A DNA stretch of 63,963 nucleotides, filler included, from Peribolospora baueri (GCA_029717555.1; 3 parts of 3 records of this genome joined end to end with filler, not necessarily neighbours in it); one strand, 5' to 3'; shown: positions 32,322 through 47,648, numbered from the whole stretch's first letter. Program-made: numbers and translations. The notes: generated from the sequence alone by a model not told the origin.

Positions 32322-35300
32322 ATGGCCCTCAGCCGACGCTCGCCCAGCCCGCCGCCGCCTTCCTACCCAGCCTCTCACCTCCTTCCCTTCCACCGCAACA
32401 TCATCACCGAGCTCATCACCGACGAGGGCGATGGCCTACTCATTCTCGCCCGTGGCCTGGGACTCCGCCGGATCGTATGCGCCATCCTCAAGATCTACGA
32501 CCAGCCCAGCAACTTGGTCATCGTTGTCAATGCCGGCCAGGAGGAGGAGAATGCCATCCAGGACGAGCTGAGCCTGCTCGGCGTTCGGAGGCCAGGGCTG
32601 AGGATTGTGCATCATGAGATGCCGGCGAAGCAGAGGTGCGTCCATGTCTTATCGATGCCTCGCTGTATGGTTACCTGATCCTGGTGTTCACTTGTGCCTG
32701 ATTCCCGTAGACAAGAGATATATCGCGCCGGAGGCCTCCTCTCGGTGACCTCTCGGATCCTCGTGGTGGACATGCTCAGCAAGCGAATACCGATCGACCT
32801 CGTCACCGGGTTGATCGTCTTGCACGCAGAGAGGTGAGCTTGCAAGTACATGGGCACGAGAGTCGTCATGTTTACATGCGGCGGCTGATCTTGTCCGCCA
32901 CGGACGGCAGGGTGTCTCCGACCTCTGTGGAGGCATTCATCGTGCGAATATACCGCCAGGAGAACAAGGTAGCTTTTCATCACAGTCCCTTCGGGAGATG
33001 TGTACACGTACGCTTATTGTTTTCTTATGCCCCGGACCACTGGCTGCTCAGGATGGCTTCGTCAAAGGGTTTTCGGACGACCCAGAGCACTTCACCTTCG
33101 GCCTCTCGCCCCTCCAGACTGTTCTACGTCAGCTCGCCATTCGAAAGGTGTTTTTGTGGCCAAGGTGAGGCACCTTTTGCACCACCATTTCGCACCGCCG
33201 TTTTGCGCCTTATGATGCTCCGGCTCCTCGCCTCTCATAGGTTTCATGAACAAGTAGCCATGAATCTCGGCCAGCGGAAAGCGGACGTCATCGAGCTTCA
33301 CCAGCCTCTGAGCCGATCTATGCGTGATATCCAAACGGCCATTGTCGAATGTCTGGACGCGACTCTTTCCGAGCTTAAGAGAAGCAACACCACGGTGAGC
33401 CACATCCTTCCTTGTCCTTCCGGCCGCGGCGATGTATTGATGTGACTGTACCATTTGCTGTTGCCAGGTCGACGTAGACGATTTCACCGTGGAGAACGCG
33501 ATCTTTCGCGCATTCGATGCGATCGTTCGGGTACAGCTCGATCCTGTGTGGCATCGAGTGGGCCCCAAGACCAAACAGCTCGTGGGGGACCTCAAGACGC
33601 TCAGAAGTCTTCTTCAGTGAGGCTAAGCTGCTCCTGGCGCTTGACTGGTCCGTCGATTTCATGTCGCTGATGTCCGGTTTCTCTGTCCGGACTGCTTGTC
33701 ACCTTGCACTATAATAGCTACCTCCTCTCCTACGATCCGGTGACGTTCAATTCCTTCCTCGAATCCATCCTCACCACCAACACCATTTCTTCTACCGGCA
33801 ACACCCGACAGAACCAGAGCCCTTGGCTGTTTATGGACGCCGCCAACACCATCTTCGGGGAGGCCAAGAGGCGAGTGTACGTTGTGAGCGATAAGCCAGA
33901 GGCGCAACCACGACGCTCTGACTCCGTCGACCCGAGCGGAGGTCCGAATCAAGCGGCGAATGAGAGTGAAGGACGACCACCATCACCTGCGGACGGTACG
34001 AGTGCCTCGAATGCGATCGAGGTGGCCGAAGAAACGGCGACTCGGAAGCCGTGGATGCCGCCGAACGTGCAGCCGGTGCTGGAGGAACCTCCAAAGTGGG
34101 GCTTGCTCAAAGAGGTGCTGGATGAGATTGAGGAGGAAATCCACTTTTCCGATCAGGTCGATTTGAGTGAGTCGGAGCTTGGACGGAAAGGATGCTTCGC
34201 CGCTGCTGCCCCTCTGTGTTCTTGAGCTCTTTGGAAGCACTGAAGATGACCCTTTCCATCTTTTATTTTCCTGTAGCCGGGGCATCCAACAACACCATCC
34301 TAATTATGACCTCATCCGACCGCACCACATCTCAGCTGCGCGAGTACCTCTCCACCATGCCACATGACGCCGAGTCGAGCACGACTTCACGCGGGAGACC
34401 TATGATGGAGCGACTGCTGAAGAACTACTTCTTCTGGAAGGGTGGGCTCGGTCAGATGACCGCCAACCTCAAGAGCGGTGGGCCTGGATCAGTCTCAGCT
34501 TCCGGCTCCATAGGGGCTGCCAGCGGCGGCGTGGCAGGAGAGGGACAAGAAAGCGAGGCGCTGAAGCGCAAGGCGATCTTCCAGCGCGGACGGCAACCTC
34601 CGAACAAGCGGCGAAGGGTCAGGGGTGGGAGCGTTGCCGCCAACGTCACCGGAGCAAGGACTCTCTCGAATGGAAGTGGGCCTGGAAGCTTGGAACAGGA
34701 GGCGGGAGAAATGGCGAATTTGTGAGCGTTCATCCATCGTTCCCGTGCTTCGATGCCCGTCGGCTTTGGCAAAGCGTTTGCTCACGGACCGCCAATATGG
34801 CGACTTTTGGGCTCCTATCGACCCGCAGCATCAATTCGGCCCTAGAACGTGCAAACTCCGATCTCGGTCTGCAAGGAGAAGAAGAAGTGACAACCAACGA
34901 GCTGCCAACGAACATTACGGAGAACCTGGACGAGTTCGAGTTCGACAACTTTTTCGGCCTCTTGTCCATGGAGAGCTTGGTCGTCATTCGCTCCTACCAG
35001 GGCGATGACGATGATAGGGTGCTTCAGGAGCTCCGGCCGCGGTTCATCGTCATGTATGACCCTGATCCTGGATTCGTGAGGCGGGTGGAGGTAAGTTCCT
35101 CTCGTTGTCTCTTCCATGCAGCTCGTGCCCGTTCTGACGTCTCTTTCGTGACGGTGATGAATTTTCACTTACGCAGGTATACCGGTCGACTCATCCCGGC
35201 GTCGGCGTCAGGGTATACTTCCTCATGTACGCCGACTCGGTCGAGGAACAGTTGTACCTCAGCAACCTTCGAAGAGAGAAAGAGGCGTTTGAGAAGCTGA

Positions 35301-36569
35301 TCCGGGAGAAGTCTGTAAGTAACCGAGACTTGCGTTCAGCTTGCAGGACGACGTCTGACATGTCCGTGTACCTCAGGTAATGGCTATGCCGCTGCAAGCG
35401 GACGGTCGGCCCGCAGGAGCCGATGATGTGCACTTGCTCCGGACGATCAGCAGCCGGATCGCAGGTGGACAGAAGATCGCCGCGGCCGAACCGCCAAGAG
35501 TGGGTCGTTCCCGATGTCTCTGTGCTCCATTTGCCCACGTTTCCATTTGCTGACAGGGACCACAATATCCTCGGTCGTTGTCTCCTTCAGATTATAGTCG
35601 ACATGCGAGAGTTCCGATCGTCCTTGCCGTCGATGCTACACGCGGCAAACATTCAGGTCATCCCGTGCACGCTCCAAGTGGGGGACTATATCCTGACACC
35701 GACGATGTGCGTCGAGAGGAAGAGCATTCCGGACTTGATTCAGAGTTTCAATTCCGGTCGACTGTAAGCCCGCGATTTTCCCTTCATTCTGCGATTCGAG
35801 TGCCACTTTGCACGGCTGGGAGCTGATATGGACACAGGATTCGTTGCTCGTCGCAGATACACCCAATGCGAGCTCATGTCGGTTCATTATAAGCACCCGA
35901 TCCTTCTCATCGAGTTCGAGCAGAACAAGTCGTTCTCGCTGCAGGTGAGATGTTTTGCAAGGGGTCCCCGCATCTCCTCAGCTGTGCCATCTGAACGCCG
36001 GCTCGCCTTGGCCTCCTTCGCGTCCTTGCATTTCGTCACGCGCTCTACAGACAATGTCGGAGAACAGACCGACGACAGCAAAGTCTCCGACCGAAGTTGA
36101 CATTCAGTCCAAGCTCGTCCTTCTAACGCTCGCCTTCCCGCGCCTGCGCATCATCTGGTCATCGTCGCCGTATGCGACATCGGACATTTTTGCCGACCTG
36201 AAAAGCAATCACGAGGAGCCGGACGCCAACACGGTGGCGTTGGTGGGCATGGAGGATGAGGAAACGGCAGCGGGCTCCACACCCTTGAGCCGCCAAGGTA
36301 GCACGGTCCGGGCGCAGAGCACGAGGACGCCTGGGGGAGGTGAAAACGCGTACAACCTTGTGCCGCAAGACGTGCTCCGCGCGCTGCCGGGGATCAACAC
36401 GAAGAACTACAAGTACGTGATGAGCCGGCTCCGGGACGTGGGCGAGCTGTGCGATCTGAGATTGGAGGAGGTGCAGGAGCTCGTAGGCGTCGAGCCGGGG
36501 AGACAGTTGTATAATTTCATCCGCAGGGACATCAAGACGAGAGGAGACGGAGGGGGCCGGGCGGCTTGA
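32322..36569 (+). CDS. RAD1: XPF/ERCC4 (Rad1/Rad16) DNA repair endonuclease (multi-exon)
   Basis: [48 protein letters not shown] and [20 protein letters not shown] nuclease motif; C-terminal HhH. Confidence 0.95.
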
Positions 36570-36806
36570 CGTCATACATTGTGTTGTTGTGGCAGCGTCA
36601 CAGTGTCTTGGTCTTATCTGTATTACTAGATGGCTGTCACATTGAGCAACCAAACAGATGTCATGGGGAGGCTGAGGAGAAGGACCGGGGACGTACGTGC
36701 GGAGGCTCCGCCTGAGCGGAAGCAGATGGGAAGTGGGGACCCCAGCCCTTGATGGACAGCGAACTGAGAGCGAGCCACCACCTTGCCGCCGACCTCGACG
36801 TCCACC

Positions 36807-38311
36807 ATGGCGCCGGCCACACTGCCAGAGTTTTCGCTTGAGGGTCGTGTATTTGTCGGTGAGACGGAGAGCAGCCCTCGCCTCGCTCAGCCGCGAAGAA
36901 GCTCACCGTTGGCATATCTGACCACCTGCTTGCCTCGCAATCTCTTCTTCTACCCTCCAGTGACCGGCGGGGCGCGCGGCCTTGGCCTCGTACAGATCCG
37001 TGCTCTGCTCGAGTCTGGAGCGCGAAGGGTGTATTCCTTCGACGTGCTTCCCAAAGTTGACGAAGACTTCCTCGTCGTTCAGTCCTCCTTTCCCCTCTCT
37101 ACCCCCGCGCCTGCCACAGCCACAGCCACTTCTGGATCAGCGGGCGAGTCGACGACATCGAAGCTTGCGTACGTTCGCGTGGACGTGACGAGCGAGAAGG
37201 AAGTGGAAGCGGCGTTTGATGCAGTGGCTGAGAAGGAGAAGAGGCTTGACGGGGTAGTTGCTGGAGCGGGGATCATCATCGAGAGGCCGGCGCTCGAAGT
37301 GGGAGAGCAGGAGTTCAGGAAGGTCCTAGATGTCAACGTGAGCTCGCTTTCATCCTCTCCGTACCCGTATCCAGGAAGCATGCGCTCGAAGTCTTACTCA
37401 CTTTGCTCGCCTGGCTGGCTCCCCTGCCTTCATCTGAATTGTGGCCCGCCCTCGCAGGTCCTCGGCGTCTTCCTCACCGCTAAACACGCCGCTCGGGTGA
37501 TGCTGTCCAAGAACGATGGCAGGCGAGGCAGCATCCTGCTCGTCGCGAGCATGTCCGGCCACATTGCAAACAAGGTGAGCCCATACTCCTTCACCAAGTC
37601 CTCCACCGCTAAAGAGCCGTATCGTATCTCACTCCTCTGTCTGCTCCTCTTTGGGATCACCAAGGACTGCCCCTACATCAGCTATAACAGCTCCAAATCG
37701 GCTGTGCTGCAGATGACCAGGAGCTTCGCTGCCGAGTTGGGCGGCAAGGGCATCCGGGTCAACTCCCTCTCGTGAGCTTTTTTTCCGCGTCTTCCCTTCT
37801 TCCCTTCTGCCCTTACGGCGAGATATCGTTAGAGATGTTGCCCGACGTCGCTGACCTCGTTCACGGCGGTCGCTATGTACGCTCACCTTGTCCTGGTAAT
37901 CCAGACCTGGTCACATCCGCACCCCACTCACGGAAAAACTTTTGGCTGACACGCCGGGCCGTGAGGCGTTGTGGGGCGGGAGCAACCCGTTGGGCAGGAT
38001 GGCCGAACCCCATGAGGTGAGTGGGTCGGCCGGTATCCTATATGGTGCAGAGGTCGGTCTGCTCCTAATCACTCTACTTGTTTACCCGTTCTGCTTCCTT
38101 CATCTACGTGCGATGGCCCGTGGGTGCGGAACAGTTCCGAGGCATCACCGTCTTCCTCATGAGCGACGCTTCGACGTATGCAAATGGCGCTGACTTCAAG
38201 CTGGACGGAGGCCACACGGGTATGCACTCTTCTCTAGGTTGAGTACATCATGGTCTGTTGCTCCACTCAGCTGACGCATTTCGATTTGCCTCATGTTTTC
38301 CAGTGTGGTGA
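36807..38311 (+). CDS. Short-chain dehydrogenase/reductase (sorbose reductase/D-arabinitol dehydrogenase-like)
   Basis: VTGGARGLG, GSILLVASMSG, YNSSKSAV (YxxxK), IRVNSLSPG and DGG motifs across exons. Confidence 0.88.
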
Positions 38312-38816
38312 GGTCGTTCGTTGAGCAGAGTCGATAGGAAGGTTGGAGAGCGAGGCGTCCTACGATTGCATTGTACTAGCTTTGTCTGTCGGTCTGCTTG
38401 CGCGCAGAATGTACCTTGGAACTGGAAGTCCTCTACAGATCTCGTTGCGAGCGCCAGTCGTTCATGTCTGTATCATCCCTATCCGTATCCCACGGTCGTC
38501 GAAAGCGCTTCCTGAGCATAATCTATCTGTCACTGCATACGGAAATGTGAGGTTAGCCGGTCACGTGGCCGATCACTTCCTGGCGCAGCCAACGGCACAG
38601 CACTCAGCAGTTTCAGGACTGAAACGACAACGACGACGAAGCGGGCAACGCCTGGAACGCATCCTCTTGTTTGTTCAGGTGCAGCACAGGGAGATAGTGC
38701 TCCATTTCATACGCTTTCGCTTCCTCCTTTCCCCCGCCGCTGCCCGCTTTTCTCTTTTGGCGCACATAGTTACCCCCGCGGGGCGGCGTGACCGCAACGA
38801 CCACCGGACCATCACC

Positions 38817-41800
38817 ATGGCGTCCTCCTCTCCCTCTCCCGCGCTCTCCGACACCGCCTCTGTCTCCTCTCGCCGAGCACCGATGCACCCTCCCGTTGCA
38901 CGCACCGTCGCCCCCTCCGAGCCTCAGGTTCACTTGGACACCGACGTCTCCGCCGGAACGTCCTCCGGCGCCAATGGCCATTCGAGGAAGGATAAGGTCT
39001 GGGAAAGTAGGGCGGCGAAGAAGGCAGCTGCCGCCTGGGCTAGCAGCGCCGAGAAGGGTGAGTAGTGCTGTGGTCAGCGTTTGGTGGTTGAAGAAAGGGG
39101 CGCGCCGGTACCGAGTAGTCAATGCCGCCGACGTCCTTAAGTTCCTGGCCCTGATGTTCCCGCCCTACTGCCGCCCTCTCACGATGACCGCCGGCAGCTC
39201 TCACGAACGATCCCAAGTTTCGAAAGTACTCCCAGCTTGTGGACCGGAGCCTTCAAACGTTTGACAACGTCAACGAGTGGGCTGACTTCATCTCTTTCCT
39301 CAGCCGCTTGCTCAAGGTATGGTTGGCGAGAATCGAGCTCGGCAGGGGCTGCTTGAGAAGCTCGCACTGAGCACGCCTACCTTCTCTCCTTGGGTGCTTT
39401 TGGCTTTTAGACGTTCCAAACGTACCCGCAATTCAACGTTATTCCGCGGAAACTCATCGTTGCCAAGCGCCTCTCCCAATGTCTCAACCCTGCCTTGCCG
39501 TCTGGCGTGCACCAGCGGGCGCTCGACGTCTACGCTCATATCTTGGGCGTGATCGGGGTGAGCTTGCATTTGAGCCGGCTTTCTAGGTTGAAGGCGAGCA
39601 TGCTCTGATTTGGCCGCCTTTGCCTTGCTTTCATCCGGTAGCCCGATGGCTTGCGACGAGACCTTCAGGTGTGGTCCCCCGGCCTATTCCCGTTCTTCCA
39701 GTTTTCTGGGACGTCGGTCAAGGTGAGTGATCTTCTTTTCGCTTTGACTACTGTTCGTCGACGGTGCTCATCTGCCGTGCACCCGCGGCACTCCGCAGCC
39801 TCATCTTCTCGCTCTGTACGAGAAGTATTACCTGCCCTTGCAGGATGACCTGCGACCCGTCATGAAAGCTCTCCTGCTCGCGTTACTGCCAGGATTGGAG
39901 GAGGAAACTGGCGAATACTTTGACAAAGTGAGTTCGCGCTCCTAGTTGTCGTCGGGCGATTGCCAGCTGTTCCCTACCGCTACTCGATCATTTACCATTT
40001 CATGATTTTTCGATGGTTGGACTTATGTCCCGGTCTTTTTAGGTCATGTCTCTCCTCGACTTCCTCTCCGGCACGGTTTCCCATGCGTTTTTCCTCCAGA
40101 ACATCTGGCTAGTCATGATCACCACCCCATCCGCGCGACAGACCGCGCTCAACTACCTCGTCCGCAGGATGCCCAAATTGAACAGTGACGAGAGGCTGAC
40201 CGACTTTGTGGGAGAGGACGTCGGCCTCATGGTCCGCGCTTTCACCGCCACTCTGGAGGATGAGCAGTTATTGGTAAGAAGAGCAATGCTGGACCTGCTC
40301 TGTTCGAGCTTTAGAATCGATAGCGCTGCGTTTAAAAGGTGAGTCGGAGGCAAGTCGAAGGATGAAGACATGCCACTGTACATCTGATCTCAACCATGCT
40401 CTCACTTTCACCTTACTCGCACAGATCGACACGGCAGGAAGATAAGATCCTTCTAGTCCACGCCGCGCTCAATGTTGTCCTTCGTCGCGACCTGAGTTTG
40501 AACCGCCGGCTGTGGAGCTGGCTTCTCGGACCGGACGGCGACGAGGACGTGCAGGACGCCTACTTGAACGAGCACGGCCTCGACCTCGTCTGCGCCACTC
40601 TAAAGCAAGACATGCTCGTCCCGCCCGGCCTTGACCCGGCCGCTCGACAGCGCCCTTACCGGATCTTTATTTCCCTTCTCGACAAGTGGGAGATCGGGCA
40701 GCCGCTCACGAACGCGCTCCTGCTCGACGTGTTCAACAGCCTGCAGGCTGGCATGGCCAACGAGAAAGCCAAGGAAGAGATTGCGACGACGGCGAGCATG
40801 GTCTTTGAGTCCATCGATCCCTTCGCCATGTTCCGTCAGTTCTATTTCGCCATCCTCAAAGACCTCGGCGACGAGTCCTTGGGGCAGAAGAAAAATTTGG
40901 AGCTGCTCCGATTCGTCATGCGCACGTTCAAAATGCACGATGAGGAGACGAAGCGGATCCACTTGCCCATCATCTTTGCAATGCTCCTTCAGAAGCTCGA
41001 CGCCGACTCCTCACAGCGTCTGCGCTCCGCTCCCGCGCAAGCTCGAGAGGCTGTCCAAGTAGCTCTCGATCTGCTCTCTGCCATCCCGAAGAGCTTGTTC
41101 GAGAGTGAGCCCTCTCGGCGCGCGTCTGCCGATGTCTCTTCCATCGCCGATCCATCCTCTTCGACCACCAAGGACTTCCTTGCGACGGCGCGAGCCTTTT
41201 ACGAGTCCGCGGACGCCAAGGTCGCCTCAGATGAAGGCAGGCGCTTCCGCGGCTTCCGATCACAAGAGATGGCGTTGTTTGGTTGTGCGACCAGACTCTG
41301 CGAGATTGGAGCGGCTTGGGCGACATTGGAACCGAGGGACGAGGCGAAGGAGGAGAAACTGGGCATGTTCTTGGCGAGTTTGGACTTGGTCGGCGGTCTC
41401 ACGGGCGCAATGGAGTCGAAGGAGCGCGACGGCTTTGCGTGGGAGCATGCCGAGTGGCTCGAGGCAATATTGGCCCGGCTAAAAGAGGTACATTCTTTCC
41501 CTCGCCTTCGTCATTTCTTTTTTTGGATGGCCCCAACGCTCACGATCAGAATCCCTTTCGTTCAGACCTCCATTTTCTCTGAAGTGGACAAAATTTTGAT
41601 GACGCTTGTGAAGGCGGCGAAGAGCGAAGCTTTCTCTCCGGTTCTAGATATTGCTGCTCCTCAAACGACGACGTCTATCCTTGGCAAGGTGATATGCAGA
41701 CTTTGATCGTTCGTTTTTAGAGACCCCGCTCGCTGACAGTCTTGAGTTGTTCCTCCCTCCCATATACCACCCTTAGCTCTTGCATTTCTTGCGGCCTGAG

Positions 41801-44800
41801 TTCTCCCCCTATCACATCCGCGTAGTCCAGCTTCTTTGGACACTGCAGGACTCGTGGCCATCACCTGTCCTAGAAGACTTGCTCACCGAACGGCTCACGT
41901 CTACCGACCGCTCTACTCGTCTCGAGGCGTTCGACTTGTTCGGCACGTTGTGGCGCCTTACCGACGACAGCCAGATACCCGGCGGCGTATTTCGCAAGCC
42001 CATGTTCGTTGTGCTCGACACGTTGCGCGATCGGGATGCCGACCTCGGCACTCGGCAGGCGGGCGAGACTTGGATGCGCTGCAACCTAAAGTCTTACGTC
42101 CGAATCTTGGACCCCATCCTTTTGACACTCGTCGACCTCAAGGCCAGCCGCAGGCCTTCCAAGGTATCCTTGGAGGGCATCGAAGTCGTTGGTTACATGT
42201 ATGATGAGCCATACGATCAGAGTCAGGCAGTGTACGTGCTGGAGACGCTCTTAAATTTGGCCAAATTCGGGGGCGCAGGCTTCGCCAAGGCTGCCAAAGC
42301 GAATCTGCCCAAGAAGTCGCACCACAAGCACTTGCTGCGTCGACTCGAGCAAGACAAATATTCGATGGAATTGTCATATCTGGACATTATGATGGACGTC
42401 GCAATCCGGTAAGGAATTGTTCGGTCGTACGAAACGAGCTTTCGAGCGTGCTCAGCCTCTTACCATGCGAATTGTCTCCCTTTCACAGATACCTGCAAAG
42501 CGAGCCTCAAGCCGCCGATTCGCAAGTGATGCGACGACAGAACTCTCTCATCCAGGCCACCGTGGCCGATCTGCTGCAAGTGCTTGTTTCGCGCGGGGAG
42601 GTGGAGCACGTCCGTCTCAAGGACCTAGAGATCGCCTTGGCCGAGAAGGTGCTCGCTTGCGTTCACGCTGCGGACCTTGACCTGCAGAACAAGCTCCTGC
42701 ACGTGCTACACACGGTCATTCACGGCATCACGACAGGGGCAGGGCGCGAGTTGACCTTAAGGCGGCGTCCTGATATCGACGATCTCACCAAAGACGAAGA
42801 GACGTCGTTGCTGCTTTCGGCCCAGCAGGCGAACGCCACGCCGCTCTTTGTTGGCATGGTCATCGCCGGTCTTTCCCGCCCCAGCAACAGGCCGATCCTA
42901 CAGTTCTGGGTCGACTTTGTCCTCATGACCGTACCTTATTACCGCCGTGCGCTCCATCAGCTGATCATTCCGCTGGCTGATTGTTTGTGCATCATGCTCA
43001 AGGACTCTCTTCGAGACGTTCAAGTCACCTACCTCGCTGCCGATGCCGAGGCGGGCACGAACAAGGTCACGGGGGTGGCGGCCGCGGACTTTATCATGCT
43101 CGTCAACGCCCTAGAGCGTATCGTCTTGCTCGCCCTCAGCGAGAAGCCCGTCTCCTTGGCCGAGGAAGAAGAGACGGAGAAGTCAGAAGGTGGCGGTGGG
43201 CTCCTTAGCTATGTGTCGAACGTGTTCGGAGGAGACGCGGCGCCCTCCAACGTCGACGAAAGCGCCAAGGTGAGTCATCTCGAGCGCACAGTCTCTCAAT
43301 GTCTTTTTTGATGCCTGAACGCCGTGCCTCTTTCAACACACTGTCAGTCGAAGGTCTCCGTCATGCGCTGTCTCCGGCAGGCAGTGTCGACCCTGCGCTT
43401 GCTCTACACGTGTGGTCGGCCGCCGTCGTTAGGGCCAAACAACAGCGTCTCCGACGCGTACGATATCCTGACATCGCGAACGAAGGTTAGGGCTCGAAGA
43501 GCGTTCGAGAGACTTCACAGCGCTAGATCTGGCGAAGTTCTCGAGGCCCTGATCGACACCTGGGCCACGGAAAAATCTGATCAGGAGCAGGTAGGTAGGC
43601 TCCTGCACATAACCATGTCGAAATGCTTGCACTCACCCTACTTCTTCTATCCTCAGTCTTCGTCCGCCGCCGACGACGCTACTCTGGAGATCATCGACTT
43701 TTTGGTACCAAGTGCACAGGTCGTGGTCAAGTATCTGACCGAGTCTATCAATAACCGATCGAGTGTTGGCGTGCCAGATAAGGGCAAAAAGGTTCAGAAT
43801 AACGAGCTTTTGTGAGTTCGATTTGAATAGTATCGTCTTCAGTTTGGTCGTTCTGGCTGACCTTTGTCTTTGTTCGCCATCTAGGTCGGAGGGAGTTCTT
43901 TTTGCTTTCCTGGAAAAATATCTCTCTAGACTGGACGGCCCCACTGCTCAGCAAATATGGCCTAGCTACACGGCCTTCACCAGAGACTTGCTATCGAACG
44001 CGCCACAGGCCAAATTTCAATTGTACCCCGGCGCACGGTGAGCCGTTTGACAGCCTTCTGCTTCGTTACAAGGGACGCAACTGACAGGTCATGCCTCTCA
44101 GATGCTTTACTGTCGCCGCTGAGAAGGTCTGCCAAGCGAACGCTCTCGAGGACAGAAAGATGCGACGCGAGATCCAGGTAAGTCTTCATAGGCAGTTTCG
44201 TATGGACACTAAGCTTCGGTTAGCTCATCAAATCTCTTATTTTCTATGTCTCGTAGGACTTGTTTCTCAAACTCGTGGACGCATGTGTTCTCATTGCGGG
44301 CAGGTCTTTCGACCAGTCCACCTGGATGCGTCGTTCAGCTCGGGACATTGCGAAGGATGCCGAGGACGGAGGTGAGGGCATCTTTGGATATTTCTTCCTC
44401 CATCTTTTCACTGCAGGCCGCAGGACCGAATCTTTTCCACCCTTCCTCTTTTTTTACCTTTGTTGAAAGGGGCATACACTGGCGAGAAGGACAAACCGTC
44501 TTCCGAAGTAACGGCAGCGAACCTCATCCCGAAGGTGGGTATTGTTGGAAGGGATAGTCCTTTGCAACGCGATGCTGGTATCTCAATGAGAGTTCTACTC
44601 TTCCTCCAGATGAACGAGTTTTTGGCGGGTTCGATAATGCGCGACTTCCGGCGCTTCATGATCGACAACGACAAGATCGCGTCCATAAGCTCCAACATGA
44701 TGTACTATATCGTGGCACCCGCGCTGAAGGCGAGGACGAGGTGAGCGAGCGTCAGGACTGGTCCCTTCTTCGATATGCTTGACTTACACGATTTCGTCGA

Positions 44801-46180
44801 GCTTGTGCAGGTCTTTCGAAGTCGATCCCGTCATACTCGAGCTGCTCCTGGAAATGACCAAGTATCAGGTGACGGCCAAAGCATGGCGCACGCAAGTGGC
44901 AGAGGTCTTCTATGATAATCGTTTCTTCAAAGCTTCTCCAGCGGCGAGTCAGAAATGGCAGCCTCTTATCCAGGCGCTTATGAGTCAGGAGCGAGAACGA
45001 TTCACAGAGATCATAGGTACGTTGCAAGGGCTCTTCACCGACAAGCTAAGCTTTATTTGACGGTCGCCTTCTGCACCCTACATGCTACGTCGACAGGCAA
45101 AGTCACTGCGGCGCCCTCGGCGAATATCTTTACCAACCGCGAGCTAGAGACGATGTCGAAGGCGCTCAACCTCCGGCGTCTTACTTATGCTGTCTTCTCG
45201 GGCCGTCCAAACGACTTTTTAACTCAATTCCCGAGCCTTCAGGAGATGCTCGTTGATGTGCTACGGGCCAATCCTCCGGACCTCGTGCATAGCCAGGTGG
45301 GCAATATTTTTTCCTGGTAGACGTCGTGTGGAGACGTCAACGCGGGAATTGTGACTGACGCTTACCATTCTCGCAAACCTGCCCGTTCTAGGTCTACCTA
45401 TGCTTGCGTGTCTTGCTATGCCGCTTCGAGCCTCGTCTGCTGTCCAGCTTATGGCCCGTTATCCTGACTGAACTTGTGAGTGATAATGCGGTGGCTCGTA
45501 GGGATGGATGTTCCGCGGATCACGACGACGGGCTCACACATTCGCCCTCCGGATTGCAGATGCGAGTGTTTGAAAATCTCATGGACGACTTGCCGCCTGA
45601 TGGGTCGAACCAGCTACGACTGGTCTTGTCAGCTTGCAAGTTCCTCGACTTGCTTCTGACTTTGCAGACAGCCGATTTTCAAATGTGAGCATAATTCACT
45701 CCCTCGCTCGTCCGCTTGTGTGAAGTTTTCGGCCTCGCTAAAAAGCATGACCTTTCTGCTCTCGCATGCAGTCACGAGTGGATGTTCGTCACGGACACCG
45801 TCGACGCTGTTTATCCGCCGGAGGAGTGGTTCCCGCAATCGATCATGGAGCGTCTGGCCGCCATCCTCGAGCAGCGCAAGCCTTCCGGAGGCTCCGTCCG
45901 GTCATCCTCGCTTGCGGAGCTCACGTCTTCCAACGGCCTCAATTTCTCCTCCATCCGGACGAACTCCGCCTCAGCAGATCGATCGCCGCCCACACCACTC
46001 CGACGGCCACTGCTCTCGTCCGTGCAGAGCGTGTCTTCCATTGAAGATTTGGAGCCCTTCTTCTCTTTCGTTAGCATATCCGCCTATGAGAGCGTCTACG
46101 CGAACGCAGCCGTCGACTGGGCGGCGGTCGAGGACGGTTTGCTGGCGGACATATTCGAAGGCGATTCTAACTCGCCATAA
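38817..46180 (+). CDS. DOP1: Dopey/DOP1-family trafficking protein (many exons)
   Basis: [46 protein letters not shown] and [18 protein letters not shown]-terminal LNLRRL and ACKFLDLLL. Confidence 0.93.
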
Positions 46181-46322
46181 TGTAGCGTAATGGTGCCCGG
46201 TGCCCGCTTGTCAGGACGAAGTCCGATAACCTGCAAGTAAAGGTGGAGGTTCTTCCAACCTGTACGTAATCTACTGGACAGATACCCAAGACTTTGACAA
46301 TCTCCCAGGATGAAGCGTAGAA

Positions 46323-47462
46323 TCATGATTTTATCCTGTCTTCATACGCGCTCCAACCCTCAGTCCTGTACTTCTCCGCTTGAACGCGCACCTGTTCCAT
46401 GGCCACCTTGGCCTCCTCCGTGCCCTTTCCTTTGGCCGCGAGTAGGGGTCCATAAATCGCTCGGCCGACGATGATGACGTCACACCCGGAGTCGTGGATC
46501 ACCTGCCGCGGCGTTCGGTACTGCTGCCCCATCGAGTCACCCTTGACGTCCAAGGCCACTCCCGGCGTGAGGATCAGGAAATCGTCCTTGTCCCCCTGTG
46601 CTTGCCCGTCCTCCGGTGGAACGGTGAGCTCGACCCTGTTCATGGCGATGAAGCCGATGACAAACCCTCCATTACTGGAATCATCCCTATTCCGCCTTGC
46701 CTCCCGCACTGTCTCGATCTGGTACTGCCCTTGAGCGAGGTTACCCTTAGAGGACATCTCGGCGAGGAGGAGCAGGCCCCTTCCGAGGGGTCGGCCAACG
46801 GAGGAGAGGCCGGAGATGATGCCTGGTCCGGGGACCATGTGGGCATTGGTGATATGAGACCAGGACGCTATGCGGTGAACGCCTGAGGAGTATTGGAGAG
46901 CAACGGTGTTGCCTGAAAAGCCGTGGCGCAAAGTTTGCAGATGACAAGATGGAAGATCAGCAAGTGAAAAACATTCTGAGGGAGGCTCGACGGAGCATTC
47001 GAATGGTCGTCCGACTCGCGAGGAAAACGCACCGATATCAGCGAATTTGCGATCTTCAAATATGATAAAGTCATGCTCCTTGCTCAGAGCCTGAAGACGG
47101 TCGATCAGGCCGTGGTCAAAGTCTTCTACAATGTCTATGTGCGTCTGAGGGTAGAAGAAGCAGAGCCAAGGGGGTCAGAGTATGCTCGCTCTGCAGACCG
47201 ACGACCATAGTTCCCGTCTGTCCCCACACCTTACCGCTCGCTCACCTTGCTCACGCGACACTCAGCGGTGCGAGCTCACCTTGACCATGCAAACGAATGG
47301 CGCGACGGACTCTACGACGGCGAGCAAGTCTGCCTTCGTCGTCACGTCCACCGAGACGCAAAGATTCGTTTTCTTCCGGTCCATCAGCGACAGGATTTCC
47401 CTCGCCGCCGGGTTACGGTGGGAACCTACCCGGGAAGCGTACGGCAGACGGGTGACTGACAT
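46323..47462 (-). CDS. URA3: Orotidine-5'-phosphate decarboxylase
   Basis: [54 protein letters not shown] and DVIIVGR. Confidence 0.97.
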
Positions 47463-47648
47463 TGTTGAGGTGGGATGTTGATGGGGAGTTGGCGGGAAGC
47501 TGGTGAGAATGGTGAAGATCAAACTGGAGAGGCCCGGGATACTGCGGCAACATGCTACCGCAGTCTTTCCGGACATCCTGAGCGCATTTCTTCCTCGCTC
47601 CTTTCTCGCTGCTCTGCTTGAAAGCGGGCGGGGAAAGTCGACATCATC